NCBI GenBank assembly: GCA_964016885.1
Contig: CAXHJY010000915.1
Span: 1 to 64,000 of the forward strand
Reading direction: 5' to 3'
Length of the DNA stretch: 64,000 nt
Source: Eledone cirrhosa
Taxonomy: Eukaryota
Shown here: piece by piece, positions 57,139 through 64,000 of the stretch
Numbering within the stretch: position 1 is the first letter of the stretch
How the letters are laid out: every line of letters begins with the position of its first letter
Position numbers and translations under genes: made by a program
The notes under the pieces: generated by a model
Seen by the model: only the letters and a program-made list of their open reading frames with translations
Databases searched by the model: none
What the model was told of the DNA's origin: nothing

Positions 57139-57311
57139 CTACAAAGAGGGTGTGATAAGATACCAGGTGGACCATAACACACCAGAGTACTCAATACTTA
57201 GGGTATTAGAATGGGTAATAGGAAAAAAGTCAGGAGCCGACGGCTGAGATCCATCATCTCGACAGTAGTCGACGAGTGATGATGATGATGATATATATGT
57301 GTGTGTGTGTG

Positions 57312-58072
57312 TATATATAAAATTAAGTATGTGTGTCTGTGTGTCTGTGTATTACCTATAGGGGCCTACATCTTATGACCGATTTTCATGAAACTTTACA
57401 GGCTCATAGATTAGTCATCGGGGAGTGTTTTCTATATATCAGCGTATCGTTTTTTTTTTTATTCTGGGGTCATTCTGCAGATAAAAATCGATAGGGGGGG
57501 GGGGGCACCTTTTTTTAGGTATCGAAAAATAAAATTTTTGGCTCTAGCTCCCACATTTTGCCACCGATTTCGTTCAAATGTTAAAGCAAAATAGAATTTA
57601 TCATTGGACATCCTGTAATGGATTTATATTTTGTATTTGTTGTTCAGGGACGGCGTGGCAGCCGCTTAAATATTCCCAAATACCACCTTTTCGCTCAAAT
57701 TTCCGCCTTTTCGGCTCCAGCTCCCACATTTTTCAACCGATTTCGTTCAAATTTGAAACATGGGCACCACCTCACACATAAATCAATTTATTTGGTTCAA
57801 CTTTTATACTACGATAGAACCCATCATTGCACATCTTATAGTATCTTTACACTTTGCATTTTTTCTTCAGGGACGGCGTGGCAGCCGTTTAACTCTTCAA
57901 AATACGATTTTTCCCCACCTCCCACATATTCCTTACGATTTCACTCAACATTTCGCCATTTGCTACACTTTACGACCGATTTTCAAGAAACTCGCAGTCG
58001 CTAAGATCAACACCTTTTCATCAAAGCAGATATTATATTACCTACCCAGGCAACGCTGGGTACTGTTGCTAG
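57312..58072 (+). mobile_element. Non-autonomous Helitron
   Basis: TATATAAAATTAAGTATGTGTGTCTG start, ACCGATTT repeats, terminal hairpin and CTAG|T. Confidence 0.8.
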
Positions 58073-58710
58073 TATATATATATTTGGTCCTGTTTCAGGT
58101 CAAGTTCTCTCCTTAACACACCCTCACACACACACATACACACACACATATATATAAGTTCTCTCCTTACCACACCCTCACACACACATACTCACACACA
58201 CATACTCTCTCACACACACACTCTCACACACACACACTCTCACACACACCCTCACACACCCTCACACACACTCATACACACACTTATATATAAGTTCTCT
58301 CCTTAACACCTCAACAATGAAAGGTGTCCTCCACCGTCGACCCCTTCATTATCAAATGTGAAACACAAAGATAAAAATGTCAGTTTTCTTCCAGGTCAAA
58401 CAATATGTAATACATCTACAATATAGATATAATAATTGTTTATACTTTTGGCACAAGGCCAGCAATTATGCCAGTGTATTACTGGTACTTTATTTTATCG
58501 ACGCTGTAAGGATGAAAGGCAAAGTTAACCTCGGCGGGATTTGAACTAGGACCATAAAGGGCCGTAACTCTATGCTGCAAAGCATGGCGTCCGACCCTCT
58601 ACCGATACTGCCAATCCACATCTATCATTATTACAATATAGATATAATAATTGTTTCTACTTTTGGCACAAGGCCAGCAAATACCCCAGTGTATTACTGG
58701 TACTTTATTA

Positions 58711-59818
58711 CTAGCTGGACACGTGAAAATAATCACGGATAATCCCCTCTCTCTTTATATATAAAAGGATTGCACACTTTTTCGGGGGTGTGTGCAACCC
58801 CCATCACGTCCCCTCCCTTTTGAGGTTGTTTTCGATTATTTTCATTTTATATCCTTTTTACTCGATTTCATGTAAACTCCCCCTTTGTATTTGTCCCTTA
58901 TTTTTATGCCTTTATGGTAAATAAAGAAATATATATATATTATAACCCCTTCTCTCTCTATACATAATAACGCCCTCTCTCTATATATTTTATTATAACC
59001 CCCTTCTCTCTATATATAATAACCCACCCCTTTCTCTATATTATAACCCCCTTCTCTATATATATAATAACCCACCCCTTTCTCTATATTATAACCCCCT
59101 TCTCTCTATATATAATAACCCACCCCTTTCTCTATATTATAACCCCCTTCTCTATATATATAATAACCCACCCCTTTCTCTATATTATAACCCCCTTCTC
59201 TCTATATATAATAACCCACCCCTTTCTCTATATTATAACCCCCTTCTCTATATATATAATAACCCACCCCTTTCTCTATATTATAACCCCCTTCTCTCTA
59301 TATATAATAACCCACCCCTTTCTCTATATTATAACCCCCTTCTCTATATATATAATAACCCACCCCTTTCTCTATATTATAACCCCCTTCTCTATATATA
59401 TAATAACCCACCCCTTTCTCTATATTATAACCCCCTTCTCTCTATATATAATAACCCACCCCTTTCTCTATATTATAACCCCCTTCTCTCTATATATAAT
59501 AACCCACCCCTTTCTCTATATTATAACCCCCTTCTCTCTATATATAATAACCCACCCCTTTCTCTATATTATAACCCCCTTCTCTCTATATATAATAACC
59601 CACCCCTTTCTCTATATTATAACCCCCTCTCTCTCCTTTCCAAACGTTGCAACGCTCTTTGATTTTCTTTCGCCGTAGATTTCCGTAGATTGTCTACCAC
59701 CCCCCTTTCATTGTTTTAGCACGGCTCATGGACGTCATTCGACTTTTATTATATTACTGAGAGTCTGACCAGACGGTCGGGCGGTCGGTACGTAAGTATT
59801 AGCCTATTAATTTATAGA
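58711..59818 (-). mobile_element. Non-autonomous Helitron with an internal 48-bp minisatellite (58940-59630)
   Basis: - strand A|TC start, hairpin CGTGA-ttattt-TCACG, CTAG|T end; abuts a truncated Meta SINE. Confidence 0.7.
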
Positions 59819-59957
59819 TGATTTCTACTATAGGCACAAGGCCAGCAATTTAGGGGGAGGGGAAAGTCGATTAAATCTACCCCACCACCACCACCATCAT
59901 AAACATCACACCACCACCATCATAAACATCACACCACCACCACCACCACCATCAGTG

Positions 59958-60302
59958 TATACAGTACAGTACAGTATAGTACAGTATAGTACAGTATAGT
60001 ATAGTATAGTACAGTACAGTATAGTATAGTACAGTATAGTATAGTATAGTATAGTATAGTACAGTATAGTACAGTTTAGTATAGTACAGTATAGTACAGT
60101 ACAGTACAGTACAGTACAGTATAGTACAGTACAGTACAGTATAGTACAGTATAGTATAGTATAGTACAATACAGTATAGTATAGTATAGTACAGTTTAGT
60201 ATAGTACAGTACAGTACAGTACAGTACAGTATAGTACAGTACAGTATAGTATAGTATAGTACAATACAGTATAGTATAGTATAGTACAGTATAGTATAGT
60301 AT
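59958..60302. repeat. (AGTAT/AGTAC)n pentanucleotide
   Basis: Direct reading. Confidence 0.97.
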
Positions 60303-60639
60303 TTTCGAAAAAGATGAATGTCAAAAAATTAAATTTGAAGACTTTGCAAATGAGTGCTTAAAGAAACCACGAAAACTATTTTTTTGACATTTCATTGTAT
60401 AATGTGTCTTGGAATAATATATATTTTACTAAACAATATTTCTATATTTTGTTTTGGCATCACCATGTTTTAACATCTATTGGAATGGCATTACCTGGCA
60501 GATGGCTACGGGGTTGTATTGTATTATTCAGTGGAGCCGCAGTCACATGACGCCAGCATGGTGGGAGGTGCTTAAAGTAGATACTCGCTTCTCATTGGTC
60601 AGTTATACTGACATGTTGAATGAATGAGAACAGTGCGTG

Positions 60640-61025
60640 GCAGTAGTAGTGTGTGTGTGTGTGTGGGGGGGGGGGTGATAGTGGTGGTGGTGGTGGTCAT
60701 AGTAGTAGTAGTAGTGGTGGTGGTGGTGGTTGTGGTGGTTGTGATAGTAGTAGTAGTAGTAGTGGTAGTGATAGTAGTAGTAGTAGTGGTGGTAGTGATA
60801 GTAGTAGTGGTGGTGGTGGTGGTACTGATAGTGGTGGGGGTGGTGGTGGTTGTGATAGTAGTAGTGGTAGTGGTGGTGGTAGTGATAGTGGTGGTGGTGG
60901 TGGTGGTGGTAGTGATAGTAGTAGTAGTGTGTGTGTGTGGGGGGGTGATAGTGGTGGTGGTGGTCATAGTAGTAGTAGTAGTGGTGGTGGTGGTGGTGGT
61001 AGTGGTGGTAGTAGTAGAGGTGGTG

Positions 61026-61057
<32 letters not shown>

Positions 61058-61294
61058 GGTGGTGGTGGTTGTGATAGTAGTAATAGTTGTAGTGGTAGTC
61101 GTAGTGGTAGTGGCGATTCTTTCCTAAGACATTCTTATCACATGCTGATAATATATGATCTTCTCCTTCTTCTTCTTCTCCTCCTCCTTCTTCTCGGGGG
61201 GGGGGGGCAGTCCCCAAACGCTCCTTCCAGCAGGTCCTATCAGAAGCAACCGTTCCAGCTGATCCAGCTGGATCCCCCCAAGCGAGACCAGCCA

Positions 61295-61332
<38 letters not shown>

Positions 61333-61391
61333 CGCACACACACGCACACACGCACACACACACACGCACACACGCACACACGCACACACGC

Positions 61392-61435
<44 letters not shown>

Positions 61436-61538
61436 GCACACGCACACACACACACGCACACACACACACACACACACACACGCACGCACACACACGCACG
61501 CACACACACACACACACACACACACGCACGCACACACA

Positions 61539-61585
<47 letters not shown>
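60640..61585. repeat. (GTA/GTG)n tract and (CA/CG)n tract
   Basis: Direct reading; source of the spurious Gly/Ser and His/Thr ORFs. Confidence 0.95.
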
Positions 61586-61589
<4 letters not shown>

Positions 61590-62296
61590 ATAATCGTCGA
61601 TTTGTATGGAATTTTACCTCCTTATTCAATATACATACACACATACATACATACATACACACATACACACATACACACATACACACATGGTGGCTGCCAA
61701 CTCGTCTTCGAGTATGGCCACTACTTTATATCCATGTAGGAGAACCCCTACCGATGCGCTGAACGAGTGTGACTTTTTAGTCCAGCCAGCGACTTGAAAA
61801 CTCTGGTACAAACACTACACTTGTGACAATTATTGACACATAGTGCTGGGCCCATGGTACCATGTGACGACAAGTGCAGAGAGATCTCCAGATATAAAGC
61901 AATGCCTGTGCTGTGAAGCTTTTATAGTGAGCAAAGGCACTGCACAAAGCCAGTCCCACTCTCTTAACCAAGATGATATTTACCAAAAAGAAGAACAAGT
62001 CAACATCATTGGATACCATCAGGGTTGCAGGTGTTATATCAGAGTTTTCCTTCTCCTAGAATTCTGCCTTGACAAAGGCTAAGGGGTCATCTCTCCCAGT
62101 GATTTTGGATGGCCATTGACTCTTAAGAGCTCCTTTGCCCTTTGACAGGTTTTGTTTTTAGTCCTGCAGGATGTCCAAAGTCACCCTCCTCACCAAGAAA
62201 CCTTGGCGGGGTTGCCAGTTTAGTCGCCAACGACCCGACCATGAGACAGGTTGTACTGGGATACATGTTACCAGTAGCACCAACTGGTGACCTGAC
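61590..62296 (-). mobile_element. Non-coding RTE-5'UTR-like element, copy 2 (inverted)
   Basis: Reverse complement of 56300-57012 with roughly a dozen substitutions in the core. Confidence 0.65.
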
Positions 62297-62750
62297 ATAC
62301 ATACATACACACATACATACATTTCACATCTGCACCAGGAAATAACTACCCGCTTGTACCTCCCTCCATAGATCTATGTAGGTATTCAATAAATTAGTTT
62401 TTACATTACCGGGGCAGTGGAAGCATTTCTAAATGGGGAAGGGGGCAAATTAAGTGAATTTAGTTGTAGTGGTTAATTTAGCTGTTATCAAATATTGGCC
62501 AAGACATAAAAAACTGATATGCGATTAAACATAACATGTACATAAATTGTAGCACATATACAAATAGATATGTTTTGGTGGTTAATGGAACAGTAAAAAT
62601 ATGTAAAACATTCCAAAAATTTTGCATCTAATAACTGCATATACACATGTACAGATACAAAGCATATACACATGCACACATACAACTGAAAACATACACA
62701 TCCACACATGCAATAACATCCATATCTACACATGCATGCATACATACATA

Positions 62751-64000
62751 CATCGCGGTGGAATTTATCGTGACGATGGACTCTTTACTATCTTAAATTG
62801 CAATATAGTTAACCTTAATATTATTAAGAACAATATACGTAATCTCTTTAACCAACATAACCTAAAAATTGAATTTGATAACAGTATCAAACTAGCTAAT
62901 TTCTTGGATGTATCTCTTAATCTTGACACTGGCCTATATTACCTTTACCATAAAAACAATGAGAACCTAAATTATGTTAACTTTAAATCTAACCATCCTA
63001 CTAATATCAAGAATGCTATAGTTAGTAATATTGGAAAAAGAATATCTAACCTATCTTCTAATAAAAACATCTTTGATGCTAACGCCAATTACTATAATAA
63101 CGCGCTTTCTAAAGCCGGTTATCCTGATAAAATCAAATATAGTAAAGAAACAAATTCTAGAAGAACTTACAGTAGAATAATTAATCATGATCATTCCAAT
63201 AACTTTAATAAAAGACCTAGATACAAAAACATAATCTGGTATAATGCTCCTTTCTCCATGTCTATTAATAACAATATTCCTAAATTATTCTTTAGTGCCT
63301 TAAATAAATGCTTCCCTCCCTCACATATCTATAGTAAAATATTTAACAAACACACCATACAATTTTCTTATTCTACATCCTCCAACATCTCCAACATTAT
63401 CTCTAAACACAACAATAAAATACTAAATACTAAATCTCTTCCTTCCAACACTGAATTTCATAATAATAGTAATAGTACTCCCGACGTCATTGTAAACCCT
63501 AGGCTAATTTCTGCAAACCCAAATACAACGTCAAACACAACTTCGCTAAATGTTCATAATCCAACTCTAAATCAAGAAACTATTATTCCTATCGCAAACA
63601 ACTTCTCCAATCCAATTCCTTCTATAGATAACACTAGGTCACTCATTAATAATCTCTCTAATTGCAATTGCAATTGCCCTATTAAAAATAAATGTCCTCT
63701 CAACAACCATTGTCTTGATAAAAACTTAATTTATGAATGTAAAGTTATAACTAACACCAATTCCTTCACCTATTTTGGCTCCACTTCCACCTCTTTTAAA
63801 GCTCGTCTCTATAATCATCATTCATATTTTAAATACAAACTTAAAAGAACCAACACGGCTCTCTCGGAACTCATATGGCCCTTGAAAGACAAAAACATTA
63901 AATATACCATCTTTTGGAAGAAGGTCTCTTCTGCGTCTTTATATTTGAACAGCTCTCTATCTAAAATCTGCAATCTCTGCCTAAATGACAAATTTACCAT
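62751..64000 (+). mobile_element. Penelope-like element RT-thumb-linker-EN open frame, 5'-truncated, probably Hydra clade
   Basis: Manual translation shows no stop: GIYRDDGL...NFLDVSLNL...SNHP...IWYNAPFS...CNCPIKNKCPL...LIYECKV...YFGSTSTSFKARLYNH...IWPLKDK...CNLCLNDK; runs off the window. Confidence 0.9.

Noticed and set aside
60603-61762. Long Gly/Ser and Cys/Val ORFs
   Set aside because: Products of (GTG/GTA)n and (CA)n repeats.

Overview
AT-rich, microsatellite-dense eukaryotic DNA, most likely an octopus (coleoid cephalopod) genome; this is inferred from the style of the C2H2 genes and from the CORE/Meta SINEs with RTE tails. The core of the window is a tandem cluster of three + strand, KRAB-less C2H2 zinc-finger genes with single coding exons (8, 19 and 17 fingers). 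Each appears to have a non-coding first exon and carries related TE relics in intron 1. The rest is TE debris: RTE, R4/Dong-like, CRE-like and Penelope-like retroelements, hAT, piggyBac- and Tc1/mariner-type MITEs, Helitrons, SINEs and minisatellites. The most striking non-coding signal is a set of at least 10 short, protein-free Penelope-type (PLE) inserts, almost all in (TA)n tracts. They come from several unrelated families and typically show a type I hammerhead ribozyme motif, a fold-back of a long arm with tail plus a short inverted arm, and a shared GAGTRCTY motif about 40-70 nt before the terminal (TA)n. An uninterrupted PLE RT-EN reading frame, absent from the ORF track, runs off the right edge. 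All calls are by eye; no database search or folding program was run.
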